This document shows, piece by piece, positions 21,626-32,074 of a stretch of 64,000 nt of DNA; position 1 is the first letter of the stretch, and each line of letters starts with the position of its first letter. Made by a program: the position numbers and the translations under genes. The notes below the pieces were generated by a model. The model did no database searches, had not been told where the DNA came from, and saw only the letters and a program-made list of their open reading frames with translations. The DNA comes from Sphingomonas sp. (GTDB lineage Bacteria > Pseudomonadota > Alphaproteobacteria > Sphingomonadales > Sphingomonadaceae). The stretch lies in NCBI GenBank assembly GCA_041659705.1, contig JBAZXU010000007.1, positions 165,967 through 229,966 on the forward strand. The letters run 5' to 3'.

Positions 21626-23239
21626 TCAGCCAGCCTCATAGCCAGGCTCATCAAGGGTGGCATCCTCCTCCTGAAGGCCAAAAATCGTCACCAGCAAGGC
21701 CATTGCCACCACAGCCATCGTGTACCAGAGCCCGGCATAGGGATTGCCCGTGCGAGCAACAATATATTGGCTGATAAAGGGCAGAAAACCGCCAAAATAC
21801 CCTGTGCCAATGTGGTAGGGAATAGACATGGAGCTATAGCGGATGCGCGCAGGAAACATTTCCGCCAGCAGCGCCGCCACCGGCCCATAGGTCATGCCGG
21901 AGAGCAGCGAAAGCAACAAAATGGCACCAAGGATGATGCCAATATTGCCAAAACTCGGCACCACCTTACCCAGGTCATAACCATTTGCGGCCAGCGCTGC
22001 GTCCAGCGCTGCGGGGCTCTCGTCGTCCTGCGTTACGCCGCCAATCGTCACTACCGTGACGGGTGCATGCACGGTTTTATAGCTTACGCCTTTTTTGGAA
22101 AAATAATCGAGCAGCCTGCCACACCGGTCCGCCTGTTCTTTGGCAAAAGGGCTATAATTGCAGGCCGGGCCAGAAACGACAACCGGCGCACGCTTTGCCG
22201 CTGCGGCGAGCGCCGGGTTGGCGGCGCTACCGATTACCCAAAAAATGGGAAACAGCGCAAGCAAGGTCAGCGCATAGCCAATAATGATCGGCGCCTTTCG
22301 CCCCACCTTGTCCGACAGCCAGCCAAACAACACAAACCAGAACAACCCGGCCGCCGCCCCTGCCCCAACGATGAGCTGCGCTGTAACCTCCTCCACCCGC
22401 ATCGTTGCTTGCAAAAACGACAATATGGTAAACATCGCAGTATACCAGATGACCGTAAGCCCCGCTGCAATGCCAAACAGCGCGACAAACAGCCGGCGCA
22501 AATTACCGGGATACGTAAAACTCTCCACAAAGGGATTGGCAGCGGTTGTGCCATTTGCCTTCATCTTTTTGAACACCGGGCTTTCGGCCAGCTTCAGCCG
22601 CATCCACAGCGAAACGGCAAGCAGCACCAGCGAAAAGATAAACGGCAGCCGCCAGCCCCAATTATCCCAAATTCCCGCCGGCAGCAGCCAGCGAACCCCC
22701 AGCACCACGCCGATTGAGAGGATGAAGCCGCCTGCAACGCTTGCCTGAATAAAGCTGGTGTAAAATCCTCGCTTGCTCGGCGCGGCGTGTTCAGCGACAT
22801 AAATTGCCGCCCCGCCATATTCGCCACCCAGCGCCAGGCCCTGCAAAATGCGCAAACCGATGACAATCGCCGGAGCCGCCAGGCCAATTGTTGCAGCAGA
22901 TGGCACGAGGCCGACGCCAGCAGTAGCCAGCCCCATCAGCGATATCGTTACCAAAAACGTGTGTTTGCGCCCCAGCCTGTCGCCCAAAAAACCAAACAGC
23001 ACAGCGCCCAGCGGGCGAAAGCCAAACCCAATTGCAAACCCCGCCCAGGCAAGCAGCGTTTGCACTGTTTCATTTCCCGCGGGAAAGAAGGCGCGCCCAA
23101 TGACGCCTGATGCCGCAAGCGTGCCATAGATAAAGAAATCATACCATTCGAACACCGTGCCCAGCGACGATGCGACGATTACCAGTCGAATATCGTCGGC
23201 GCTTGGCTCTGCAAGCTGCTCATCGGCCATAGTTGCCAT
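21626..23239 (-). CDS. MFS transporter (metabolite:H+ symporter-like) with a roughly 90-aa inserted soluble domain
   Basis: FEWYDFFIYG and GDRLGRK are MHS-type motifs. There are 12 hydrophobic segments. A non-hydrophobic insertion at about aa 341-432 (nt about 21944-22219) contains two Cys. Confidence 0.85.
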   Translation of the reverse strand: MATMADEQLAEPSADDIRLVIVASSLGTVFEWYDFFIYGTLAASGVIGRAFFPAGNETVQTLLAWAGFAIGFGFRPLGAVLFGFLGDRLGRKHTFLVTISLMGLATAGVGLVPSAATIGLAAPAIVIGLRILQGLALGGEYGGAAIYVAEHAAPSKRGFYTSFIQASVAGGFILSIGVVLGVRWLLPAGIWDNWGWRLPFIFSLVLLAVSLWMRLKLAESPVFKKMKANGTTAANPFVESFTYPGNLRRLFVALFGIAAGLTVIWYTAMFTILSFLQATMRVEEVTAQLIVGAGAAAGLFWFVLFGWLSDKVGRKAPIIIGYALTLLALFPIFWVIGSAANPALAAAAKRAPVVVSGPACNYSPFAKEQADRCGRLLDYFSKKGVSYKTVHAPVTVVTIGGVTQDDESPAALDAALAANGYDLGKVVPSFGNIGIILGAILLLSLLSGMTYGPVAALLAEMFPARIRYSSMSIPYHIGTGYFGGFLPFISQYIVARTGNPYAGLWYTMAVVAMALLVTIFGLQEEDATLDEPGYEAG

Positions 23240-23440
23240 TCATTCCCCCACCCGTGTTTTGGTCATGGTAGCGGGTTTGGCCGGTGGGGCAAAGTGCCTA
23301 CGCCAACCGGATGGCAGGCCGCCGGGCGCCGGGCCGCGGCGGCGCGTGAGGCAGAGTGAGGCTGAATTTTGCGCCTCGCACAGCCGTTGACACGCCCGCG
23401 CCCAAGCCTGGCTGGGCCGGCCGGCGGCACGGGCGGTGGT

Positions 23441-25501
23441 TCAGCCGCCCGCCAGCTTGCTCAACAATGCCGGTGTCAGCACCTGTGGTAATATCTCCGG
23501 CTCTGCCGCACCGGGCCGATAATATAGATAGAGCGGCACACCAGCACGATTATGCGCCTCAATAAACCGGCCAAGCTTGGGGTCGCCGTCCGTCCAGTCA
23601 CCCACCATTACCGCCACATTATGCCGCGCAAATGCTTGCTTTACCTCATCTGTGTCAATTGCCAGGCGCTCATTCACCTTGCAGGTAAGGCACCAATCCG
23701 CTGTAAAATAAGCAAATACCGGTTGCCCCTTGGCGCGCGCCTCGGCCAGCTTTTCCTCCGTAAACACCGCCTTGCTTGTCGCGGCCAGCGCCTCGGCTGC
23801 GGCTGCACCCTTGGCGAGCGGGGTAATGTTTATCGCTGTCGCCACGGTGATACCGACAAGTGCAAGCCCCGACAGCCAGTGAATGCTCAGCCCCCGCCCT
23901 TGCCGCTTGCCCGCGACGAACAGCACCATCGCCACCCCCAGCACGCCGAGCAGGCCAATGGCAATGCCGTCCACCCCGGTTTGCCCGCCGAGCACCCAGA
24001 CAAGCCAGATGGCAGTCAGCCCCATGGGCACTGCAAGAATGTGACGGAACGTTTCCATCCACGCGCCGGGCTTGGGGAGCGCCTTGCGCAGCGCCGGCAC
24101 AAAGCCAATCGCCAAAAACGGGATGGACAAACCGATGCCAAGCCCTGCGAACACTGCCAGCGCCGCGGGCCATGGCAACACCAGTGCAGCGCCAAGTGCG
24201 GCGCCCATAAACGGGCCGGTGCACGGAGTAGCGATAATCGCTGCCAGGGCGCCGGTGGCAAAAGCGCCGCTTGCGCCACTTGCCGAATCAACAAAGCGCG
24301 GCGTGGGAATTTCAAACAGCCCGGCCAGATTGAGCGTCAACGCCATCACCAGCAACATCAGCACAGCAATGGTGCGCGGGTCTTGCAACTGAAATGCCCA
24401 GCCAACCGCCGCGCCGCCCGCACGCAGCACCAATATTGCCGCGCCCAGGCCAATAATCACCGCCAGCACCCCGGCTGTATAGGCAAGCGCCTCACCCCGC
24501 GCTTCGCGTTCATTGACATGGCCACGCGCCAGGCTGAGCGCCTTCAGGCTGAGAATGGGAAAGACGCAAGGCATGATGTTGAGAATCAACCCGCCAAGCA
24601 CCGCGCCACCAAGTGCGACAAGCGTCGCCCATATGACATTGCCAGATACCGCCGCGCCGCTGCTGACAGCGGCACCCGCTGCTCCCGGCGTTGCCGATAC
24701 CATTACCCCCTTGCCATCGCCGATGCGCAGCACGCCCTGAATGGCGCCGTCCCCCGCGCCAGCGGACATAGTCTCAACGAGAACAGTATCGCCCTCGCGC
24801 GTGATTTTTTGCGGCGCGGCATAATCAATACGCCCCGTTGAAACCGGAAAGAAATAGGCATTGGCAAGCGGCGTACTTGCTGGATAAGGCACGCTAAGGC
24901 GCAGCTTTTTGCCGTCGATCATATAGCTGGCGGCGGTGCCGATGGGCTTTGGCAAGGCACGGCGAAACGTGTCAAACCGCGCGCGCGCATCTGGTGCAAT
25001 TGCGCCGTCACCCACCGTCAGATCAACCGACAGGTCAACCGCTTCTGGCACGCACATCTCCTCGGTGCACACCAGATAGTTGGAGCGCAGCTTCACGGGC
25101 AATTTGGTCCCTTTGGCCAGCCCGGCTGGAATATCCAGCGTAACAAGCAGCGTGTAATGATGCTCGAACACATAGTTCATCAGCCCCGCAATCAGCAGCG
25201 TTTGCGGAACGGGATAGGCAGGGGCGCCCGCTTTCACGCCAGCCGGCAGTGTCCACTCAAACTTTGTGGGAAAGCCTGCATCGCCTGGGTTTTCCCAATA
25301 GCCATGCCAGGTGGGTTCCGGCGTTACATCATAGGCAAGCGTGACCCGGCCACCCGCCGCGGGCGTTGTCGTTTCTGTAATCAACGTCGTTGCCAGGTGG
25401 CGCGTGCTGCCGAGCCCTTGCGCAACCGCCGCCCCACTGCCCATCAGCGCCAACCAAAGGCCGGCGGCCAATGTCACAATAACGAAACGGAAGAAACGCA
25501 T
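23441..25501 (-). CDS. DsbD/ScsB-family protein-disulfide reductase (membrane electron transporter)
   Basis: The signal peptide starts at MRFFRFVIVTLAAGLWLAL (ATG 25499-25501). There is a periplasmic N-domain with CTEEMC, a TM core with NIMPCVFPILSLK and ATPCTGPFMG, and a C-terminal thioredoxin fold with FTADWCLTCK. Confidence 0.85.
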   Translation of the reverse strand: MRFFRFVIVTLAAGLWLALMGSGAAVAQGLGSTRHLATTLITETTTPAAGGRVTLAYDVTPEPTWHGYWENPGDAGFPTKFEWTLPAGVKAGAPAYPVPQTLLIAGLMNYVFEHHYTLLVTLDIPAGLAKGTKLPVKLRSNYLVCTEEMCVPEAVDLSVDLTVGDGAIAPDARARFDTFRRALPKPIGTAASYMIDGKKLRLSVPYPASTPLANAYFFPVSTGRIDYAAPQKITREGDTVLVETMSAGAGDGAIQGVLRIGDGKGVMVSATPGAAGAAVSSGAAVSGNVIWATLVALGGAVLGGLILNIMPCVFPILSLKALSLARGHVNEREARGEALAYTAGVLAVIIGLGAAILVLRAGGAAVGWAFQLQDPRTIAVLMLLVMALTLNLAGLFEIPTPRFVDSASGASGAFATGALAAIIATPCTGPFMGAALGAALVLPWPAALAVFAGLGIGLSIPFLAIGFVPALRKALPKPGAWMETFRHILAVPMGLTAIWLVWVLGGQTGVDGIAIGLLGVLGVAMVLFVAGKRQGRGLSIHWLSGLALVGITVATAINITPLAKGAAAAEALAATSKAVFTEEKLAEARAKGQPVFAYFTADWCLTCKVNERLAIDTDEVKQAFARHNVAVMVGDWTDGDPKLGRFIEAHNRAGVPLYLYYRPGAAEPEILPQVLTPALLSKLAGG

Positions 25502-25582
25502 GCGGATATCCTTGTCGACAGCGCGGAACCGGCACATAGGCTTGGCCGGACGCGGTGCACCCGCCCAAAAGGGAGATGCCTG

Positions 25583-27256
25583 ATGAAATTGATTGCCACG
25601 ATATTCGCGGGCACGCTCGCTTTTGTTACGATAAATGCAAATGCGCAAGAAAATGCTGCACCACCCTCGCCGCTTGCGGCTGCATCTGCGGTTGCTCCCG
25701 CTGCGCCCCCGCGGCTGATTGTCGCCATTTCGGTTGACCAGTTTTCGGCAGATTTGTTTGCTGAGTATCGCAGCCACTGGCGCTACGGCTTTGCAAGGCT
25801 GCTAACGGGCGGGGTTTTTCCGTCGGGCTATCAGAGCCATGCAGCGACCGAAACCTGCCCAGGCCATTCCACCATATTAACCGGCATGCGCCCGGAGCAC
25901 ACCGGCGTCATCGCCAATAACTGGGTTGATCTGCGCGCTGCGCGGGCGGACAAAACCATCTATTGCGCCGAGGATGAAACCGTGCCCGGCAGCACGTCGC
26001 GAGCCTATACTGTGTCCGACAAGCATCTGCTGGTGCCCACGCTTGGTGAGCGGATAAAGGCTGCAAACCCAGCGTCGCGCGTCGTCTCTGTCGCTGGCAA
26101 AGACCGCGCGGCGGTGATGATGGGGGGCCATCAGGTCGACGAGCTTTGGTGGTGGGATGACAAAAAATTCACCAGCTATGCCGGGCGTGCGGCGCCCGCC
26201 GTTGTCACCAAGCTGAACGAGGCAGTAGCCGCCGCCCTTGCTGAACCGCGAGAAGCCCTGCCCTTGCCTGAATTTTGTGCTGCCCGCGACCGCGCCATCG
26301 CCATTGGTGGCGGCAAAACGGTGGGTACAGGCCGCTTTGCGCGCATGGCTGGCGACACACGCGCCTTTCGCGCCTCGCCTGAGGCTGATGATGCCGTGTT
26401 TGCCCTTGCCGCAGGGTTGGTGCGCGATATGAAACTGGGGCAAGGCAGCGCGCCGGATCTCATTGCCATTGGCGCCTCTGCTACCGATTATGTTGGCCAC
26501 ACCTATGGCACCGAGGGCAGCGAAATGTGCCTGCAACTTGATGAGCTGGACAAAGCGCTGGGCCGCTTCTTCGCAACGCTCGACACGATGGGGGTGGATT
26601 ACGAGGTAGTGCTGACGGCGGATCATGGCGGGCACGACCTGCCTGAGCGCAACGATATCCACGCCGCACCAGAGGCTGCGCGCATTGCCCCTGGCTTCAC
26701 CACCAAGGCGGTGAATGACATTGTCACGACTAAACTGAAGTTGAGCGGACAGGTGCTGTTTGGCGATTCCGGCTCAGGTGATGTGTGGATAGACCCCAAG
26801 CTCACGCCAAAGCAGCACGCCGCCGTGCTGGCCGAGGCGCTGGTCCAATACCGCGCCAACCCACAAGTTGCCGCCGCTTTTTCCCGCGCAGAAATTGCCG
26901 CAACCGCCGACCCAAGCGGCCCGCCGGAAACATGGACGCTGGTTCAGCGCGCGCGAGCCAGCTTCTACCCGCCGCGCTCTGGCGATATCGTGGTGGCGCT
27001 CAAGCCCCGCATCACGCCCATCGCCGATCCGTCCAAAGGCTATGTCGCAACGCATGGCAGCTTTTGGGATTATGACCGGCGCGTGCCCATCATCTTCTGG
27101 CGCAAGGGGATGGCGGGGTTTGAACAACCTTTGTCGGTGGAAACGGTGGACATTGCGCCAACGCTTGCAGCAACCCTTGGTCTAAAACTTGGCGCGCCAA
27201 CGGTTGATGGCCGCTGCCTTGATCTTGATGCAGGTGCAGGCGACACCTGCCGATAG
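25583..27256 (+). CDS. Alkaline phosphatase superfamily enzyme (nucleotide pyrophosphatase/phosphodiesterase-like), secreted
   Basis: The ATG at 25583 is preceded by GGGAGA. Signal peptide MKLIATIFAGTLAFVTINANA. The nucleophile region is ATETCPGHSTILTG, with metal ligands in LTADHGGHD. The 426-nt 5' extension in the track overlaps the divergent dsbD-like gene. Confidence 0.85.
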   Translation: MKLIATIFAGTLAFVTINANAQENAAPPSPLAAASAVAPAAPPRLIVAISVDQFSADLFAEYRSHWRYGFARLLTGGVFPSGYQSHAATETCPGHSTILTGMRPEHTGVIANNWVDLRAARADKTIYCAEDETVPGSTSRAYTVSDKHLLVPTLGERIKAANPASRVVSVAGKDRAAVMMGGHQVDELWWWDDKKFTSYAGRAAPAVVTKLNEAVAAALAEPREALPLPEFCAARDRAIAIGGGKTVGTGRFARMAGDTRAFRASPEADDAVFALAAGLVRDMKLGQGSAPDLIAIGASATDYVGHTYGTEGSEMCLQLDELDKALGRFFATLDTMGVDYEVVLTADHGGHDLPERNDIHAAPEAARIAPGFTTKAVNDIVTTKLKLSGQVLFGDSGSGDVWIDPKLTPKQHAAVLAEALVQYRANPQVAAAFSRAEIAATADPSGPPETWTLVQRARASFYPPRSGDIVVALKPRITPIADPSKGYVATHGSFWDYDRRVPIIFWRKGMAGFEQPLSVETVDIAPTLAATLGLKLGAPTVDGRCLDLDAGAGDTCR

Positions 27257-27289
27257 CAGCGCGCGACAGACGCGGAGCGCAGCACGCGT

Positions 27290-28234
27290 TCATCGCACCT
27301 CAAACAGCCGCACGCCTTTGCCCAGCCGGTTTTCGCCCACCGCCAGCCGATCATGGCTTAGGTCAGCGACAAAGGCGGGGCTGCGCGTTTCGCCGGGGGC
27401 AAGGCTTGCCACATTTCCTTCCACCCGCAGGCCAGCGGATGGATAGGTGCGCGCCTCAGCCGCCACCACGATAAAGCCGGTCCAGTTTTCCTTGTTGCGC
27501 CCTTGTACAAACACATTACCGGCAATGCGGCCGGTTGCCCCTTCGGGCAGATCGATCATATAGTTGGTTTTGCGACCTGCCGTGTCGTCAAAACTATTGT
27601 CGGTAATTTGCACATTGGGCACCCGCAGCTTTACATAATGCCCGCCCCGCCCACGCTCGAACCGCGAATTGGTGATCATCACCCGGCCCTGGTTCGCCAG
27701 ATAAATCGAGTGCGCGCAATCCGGGCTCTCATCGCACTGGCCAAGGCCGGAAAAGGTTGAGTGATCGATGGTAATATGCTGGCCAGACGGGTGGCCGCCC
27801 AAAATCCCTTCCTGACTGTCGAGGAATGTTGAATTGGTGACCAATAAATCGCCAATTTCTGTACGGATACCCGCGCCATTGCCGTCCGCCACACGCATAT
27901 TGCGAAACACAATACCATCAACCACCGAGCCTGCGCCGCGCAACACAAACGCAGCCTTGTCTTCGCACGCCGTTCCTTCAAAAATCGCGGTGCCCGGCTC
28001 CACTGCCTTGTAGGTGATCCGCCCGCCCGCCTGCACCGTACACTGGTGATACACTCCAGGCGCGATAAGGATGGTTGCGGTGCCGGTGCGGATGGACTGG
28101 ACCGCCTCATCAAGCGTGGCAAAGCCCCTGCCTGTCTCGGCAATGGTAAATGGGGCGCCGCTGCGGTGCTGCGCCGCCACAGGGGCGGCAAGCGCAAGCA
28201 CGATTAAAGACACAATATGCCGCATCACCGCCAA
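27290..28234 (-). CDS. Secreted right-handed parallel beta-helix repeat protein
   Basis: Signal peptide MRHIVSLIVLALAAPVAAQ. Repeated short beta-helix turns are rich in N/G/V/I (VTNSTFLDSQEGILGG, ITIDHSTFSG, MITNSRFERGRGGHYV, QITDNSFDD). Confidence 0.7.
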   Translation of the reverse strand: MAVMRHIVSLIVLALAAPVAAQHRSGAPFTIAETGRGFATLDEAVQSIRTGTATILIAPGVYHQCTVQAGGRITYKAVEPGTAIFEGTACEDKAAFVLRGAGSVVDGIVFRNMRVADGNGAGIRTEIGDLLVTNSTFLDSQEGILGGHPSGQHITIDHSTFSGLGQCDESPDCAHSIYLANQGRVMITNSRFERGRGGHYVKLRVPNVQITDNSFDDTAGRKTNYMIDLPEGATGRIAGNVFVQGRNKENWTGFIVVAAEARTYPSAGLRVEGNVASLAPGETRSPAFVADLSHDRLAVGENRLGKGVRLFEVR

Positions 28235-28331
28235 GCTCCATTACCAGAGCCTGATCCATGCGCCATCGTGCGCTGTGCGAAAAGAGGAATAGAGGGTTAA
28301 TGCGCACCCTTTGCGCAACGCCAGGCGCGCC

Positions 28332-30935
28332 TTACTCCAGATTTTGCCGCAGCCAGCGCTGCGTCGTCTCCACATCATCGCCGGTTCGCGCGGCATAATC
28401 AGCCACCTGATCCGCCCCGATGCGCGCGACGCCAAAATATTCCGCCTGCGGGTGGCCGAAATAGAAACCGGAGACAGCAGCCGTTGGTAGCATCGCATAA
28501 CTTTCGGTAAGCGACACACCCGTTGCGTGGTGCGCATCAAGCAGCTTGAACAACGTTGGCTTTAGCCGGTGGTCGGGGCAGGCAGGGTAGCCAGGCGCCG
28601 GGCGAATACCGCGATATTGCTCGCGAACAAGCGCCTCGCCCGTTAGTTGCTCCTCCGGCGCATAGCCCCACAGGGTTGTGCGTACATGCTGGTGCAGCGC
28701 CTCGGAAAAGGCTTCCGCCAGCCGGTCTGCCAGCGCTTTCAACAAAATGTCGGAATAATCATCAATCGCCGCCTTGAACCGGGCCAAATGCGGCTCGATC
28801 CCGTGGATGGAAACGGCAAAACCGCCAATCCAGTCCCCATCATGGCTGATAAAATCTGCCAGGCACATATTGGCCCGCCCCTCGCGCTTGGCGATTTGCT
28901 GGCGCAAAAATGGCAGGCGAACATGATCTTCATTGTCGAGGTGGAGGATAACATCATCCCCCTCGCGCCGGCACGGCCACAGCCCGGCCACACCGCGCGC
29001 GACCAGCCATTTTTCCGCGATAATCTTGTCCAGCATCGCCTGCGCATCGGCAAACAGGCTGCGCGCGCTTTCACCAACCACGGCATCGTCCAAAATCGCG
29101 GGATAATTGCCCGCCAGCTCCCAGGCGCGAAAAAACGGCGTCCAGTCGATCAGGTCACGTAAATGGTTCAAGTCCCAATCGCGGAAAACATGCACGCCGG
29201 GCTGCTTGGGTGATGGCGGCTTGAGCGCCATATCGGCCTCAAACGCGTTGTTGCGCGCGTCCTCCAGAGAAACAAGCTCGGTCTGGCCCTTATTGGCGCG
29301 AGCGTGGCGCACGGCTTCATATTCGGCGGCCGTTTTGCTTACAAAATCGTCGCGGATGGTGTCGCTCACCAGGGTAGAGGCAACGCCCACCGCCCGGCTG
29401 GCGTCAAGCACATAGACGACAGGGCCATCATAAGCCGGGGCGATGCGCAGCGCTGTGTGCACTTTCGATGTCGTCGCCCCGCCGATCAGCAATGGCATGG
29501 TGAAACCGGCGCGCTTCATTTCCTCTGCCACCGTCACCATTTCATCAAGCGAGGGGGTGATGAGGCCGGACAGGCCGATCATATCGGCATCTTCCTCGCG
29601 CGCCGCCTTCAATATGTCGGGCCAGGGCACCATCACGCCCATATCGACCACGTCGAACCCGTTGCACTGAAGCACAACGCCAACGATGTTTTTGCCGATA
29701 TCGTGCACATCGCCCTTCACCGTCGCCATGACGATTTTGCCCTTGCCGCGCGCGCCGGGCTGTTTTTCTGCCTCGATGAACGGGAGAAGATGGGCCACCG
29801 CCTTCTTCATCACCCGCGCCGATTTCACGACCTGCGGCAAAAACATTTTGCCAGAACCGAACAGATCGCCCACCACGTTCATCCCGTCCATCAACGGGCC
29901 CTCAATCACCTCGATGGGGCGGGAAAAACCCAGACGCGCCTCTTCGGTGTCTTCCACCACATGCAGGTCGATGCCCTTGACGAGCGCGTGCTCCAGCCGC
30001 TTGTTGACCGGCCAGCCGCGCCATTCGGCCGCCGCTTTTTCCGCCACAGCGTCAGTGCCACGAAAGCTCTCGGCAAGCGCGATGAGCCGGTCGGTTGCAT
30101 CATCGCGCCGGTCAAGGATCACGTCCTCGCACGCGTCGCGCAAGCCCGGGTCAATCGCATCATAAATGTCGAGCTGCCCGGCATTGACAATCGCCATGTC
30201 CATGCCCGCCGGGATGGCGTGGTAGAGAAACACGCTGTGCATTGCCCGGCGCACCGGCTCATTGCCGCGAAAGCTGAACGACAGGTTCGACAAGCCGCCG
30301 GAGATATGAACATGCGGGCAGCGGGCCTTAATCTCGCGGCACGCCTCTATAAAATCGATGGCATAGCGGCGGTGCTCATCGATCCCGGTGGCGACTGCAA
30401 ACACATTGGGGTCGAAGATAATGTCCTCTGGCGGAAAGCCGATGCCGGTCAGCAGCTTATAGGCGCGCTCGCAAATCTCGACCTTGCGCGCTTGCGTATC
30501 GGCCTGACCAACCTCGTCAAACGCCATGACGACCACGGCTGCGCCATAGGCCATCACCTTGCGGGCGGCATCAAGAAACGGCGCCTCGCCCTCTTTCATG
30601 CTAATCGAATTAACGATGGGTTTGCCAGAGACGCACTTCAACCCGGCCTCGATCACGCTCCATTTCGAGCTGTCGATCATGAACGGAATGCGCGCAATGT
30701 CGGGCTCGGCGGCAATCAGCTTCAAAAAGGTCGTCATCGCCCGCTCCGCGTCGAGCAGGCCTTCATCCATGTTGATATCGAGCACCTGCGCGCCGCTTTC
30801 CACCTGCTGGCGAGCCACTTCAACAGCGGCGGCATAATCATCGGCCATGATGAGTTTTTTGAACCGGGCCGAGCCGGTGACATTGGTGCGCTCACCAATA
30901 TTGACAAACTGCGCGGTGGAATGGGCAGAGGACAC
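28332..30935 (-). CDS. metH: Methionine synthase, large fragment (pterin-binding, B12-binding and AdoMet-activation domains)
   Basis: It begins at the pterin domain [20 protein letters not shown]. The B12 motif is [11 protein letters not shown]. The C-terminal reactivation domain contains [15 protein letters not shown] start at 30933-30935. Confidence 0.93.
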   Translation of the reverse strand: MSSAHSTAQFVNIGERTNVTGSARFKKLIMADDYAAAVEVARQQVESGAQVLDINMDEGLLDAERAMTTFLKLIAAEPDIARIPFMIDSSKWSVIEAGLKCVSGKPIVNSISMKEGEAPFLDAARKVMAYGAAVVVMAFDEVGQADTQARKVEICERAYKLLTGIGFPPEDIIFDPNVFAVATGIDEHRRYAIDFIEACREIKARCPHVHISGGLSNLSFSFRGNEPVRRAMHSVFLYHAIPAGMDMAIVNAGQLDIYDAIDPGLRDACEDVILDRRDDATDRLIALAESFRGTDAVAEKAAAEWRGWPVNKRLEHALVKGIDLHVVEDTEEARLGFSRPIEVIEGPLMDGMNVVGDLFGSGKMFLPQVVKSARVMKKAVAHLLPFIEAEKQPGARGKGKIVMATVKGDVHDIGKNIVGVVLQCNGFDVVDMGVMVPWPDILKAAREEDADMIGLSGLITPSLDEMVTVAEEMKRAGFTMPLLIGGATTSKVHTALRIAPAYDGPVVYVLDASRAVGVASTLVSDTIRDDFVSKTAAEYEAVRHARANKGQTELVSLEDARNNAFEADMALKPPSPKQPGVHVFRDWDLNHLRDLIDWTPFFRAWELAGNYPAILDDAVVGESARSLFADAQAMLDKIIAEKWLVARGVAGLWPCRREGDDVILHLDNEDHVRLPFLRQQIAKREGRANMCLADFISHDGDWIGGFAVSIHGIEPHLARFKAAIDDYSDILLKALADRLAEAFSEALHQHVRTTLWGYAPEEQLTGEALVREQYRGIRPAPGYPACPDHRLKPTLFKLLDAHHATGVSLTESYAMLPTAAVSGFYFGHPQAEYFGVARIGADQVADYAARTGDDVETTQRWLRQNLE

Positions 30936-31009
30936 TGGTTTTTCCGTTCAATCAAAGTTGTGGCGGGTTGGGCGAGCCGGATCGGGCCGCCCTGGTCAAG
31001 CAGCTCAGA

Positions 31010-32074
31010 TCAAGCGGTCATCGTCATCGGTTCAAGCCCGGCGAGCCGCGTGACAACGGGCGGCACAGGCAGCGCGCGGGCGGGCAAGCCCTCAACTGCC
31101 TTTGCCATCGCCGCGATATGAGCAGGCGTCGACCCGCAGCAGCCGCCCAGAATGTTCACCTGCCCTGCCTGCGCCCATTCGCCCACCAACGCGGCAGTCT
31201 GCGCGGGCAGTTCATCATAAGCGCCAAGCTCGTTGGGCAGGCCGGCATTGGGATAAATCATGATCAGCGTGTCGGCTATCTGGCTGAGCGCCTTCACGTG
31301 CGGGCGGAGCTGTTCTGCGCCAAACGAGCAATTCAGCCCAATAGTGACGGGCCGAGCGTGTCGCACCGCGTGCCAAAACGCCTCAACCGTGTGGCCAGAC
31401 AGGTTGCGCCCTGAAAGATCGGTCAGCGTCATCGACAGCATCATCGGCACATCGCGGCCGAGCACTTCTGCTGCCTCCATCGTCGCCATAATGCCCGCTT
31501 TGGCGTTGAGCGTGTCGAAAATCGTCTCGATCAAAATAAAATCGGCGCCACCTTCGAGCAGCGCCATAATCTGCTCAAGATACACGTCTTTCAAATAATC
31601 AAAATCAATCTCGCGAAAGCCGGGGTCATTGACATCGGGGCTGAGCGACAGCGTTTTGTTGGTCGGGCCAATTGAGCCTGCCACAAAGCGCGGGCGGCCA
31701 TCGCGCGCGGTAAATTCATCGGCACAAACGCGCGCAATCTGCGCGGAGGCAATGTTGATCTCGCGCACAAGATGTTCTGCTGCATAATCCGCCTGGCTGA
31801 TGCGGTTGGCAGAAAAAGTGTTGGTCGACACCATGTCCGACCCGGCCTCCAGATAAGCGCGCGTAATCGTCTCCGGCACCTCAGCCTTGGTCAGCGCCAA
31901 TATGTCGTTATTGCCCTTTTGGTCGCGCGCGAGCTTTAAATCGCCGGCATAATCAGCCTCGCTCAGCTTCCAGTTCTGAATTTCGGTGCCAAAGGCGCCA
32001 TCGGTAATGAGGATGCGTTGCGCCGCCTCGGCCAGCAGTTTTTTTCTTGGGGTCATCGTGTTTTCCCTGGTCAT
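31010..32074 (-). CDS. metH: Methionine synthase, small fragment (homocysteine S-methyltransferase domain)
   Basis: ILITDGAFGTEIQ is present, with zinc-ligand regions GLNCSFG and ILGGCCGSTPAHI. The ATG at 32072-32074 forms an ATGA overlap with the metF stop. An alternative ATG lies at 32056. Confidence 0.9.
   Translation of the reverse strand: MTRENTMTPRKKLLAEAAQRILITDGAFGTEIQNWKLSEADYAGDLKLARDQKGNNDILALTKAEVPETITRAYLEAGSDMVSTNTFSANRISQADYAAEHLVREINIASAQIARVCADEFTARDGRPRFVAGSIGPTNKTLSLSPDVNDPGFREIDFDYLKDVYLEQIMALLEGGADFILIETIFDTLNAKAGIMATMEAAEVLGRDVPMMLSMTLTDLSGRNLSGHTVEAFWHAVRHARPVTIGLNCSFGAEQLRPHVKALSQIADTLIMIYPNAGLPNELGAYDELPAQTAALVGEWAQAGQVNILGGCCGSTPAHIAAMAKAVEGLPARALPVPPVVTRLAGLEPMTMTA

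Noticed and set aside
25157-25582. 5' extension of the alkaline-phosphatase-family ORF, and similar long N-terminal extensions in the track
   Set aside because: The extension overlaps the divergent dsbD-like gene and lacks a signal peptide. An internal ATG with an SD sequence and a signal peptide is present at 25583. The same reasoning trimmed these ORFs: 23441-25777, 47872-49008, 13082-13873, 38536-39549, 54843-55784, 33009-34091, 41361-42353, 11981-13027 and 3333-3935.
29304-31121. 605-aa plus-strand ORF antisense to metH
   Set aside because: It overlaps both metH fragments, which have clear domain motifs. The translation is His/Arg/Ala-rich and featureless.
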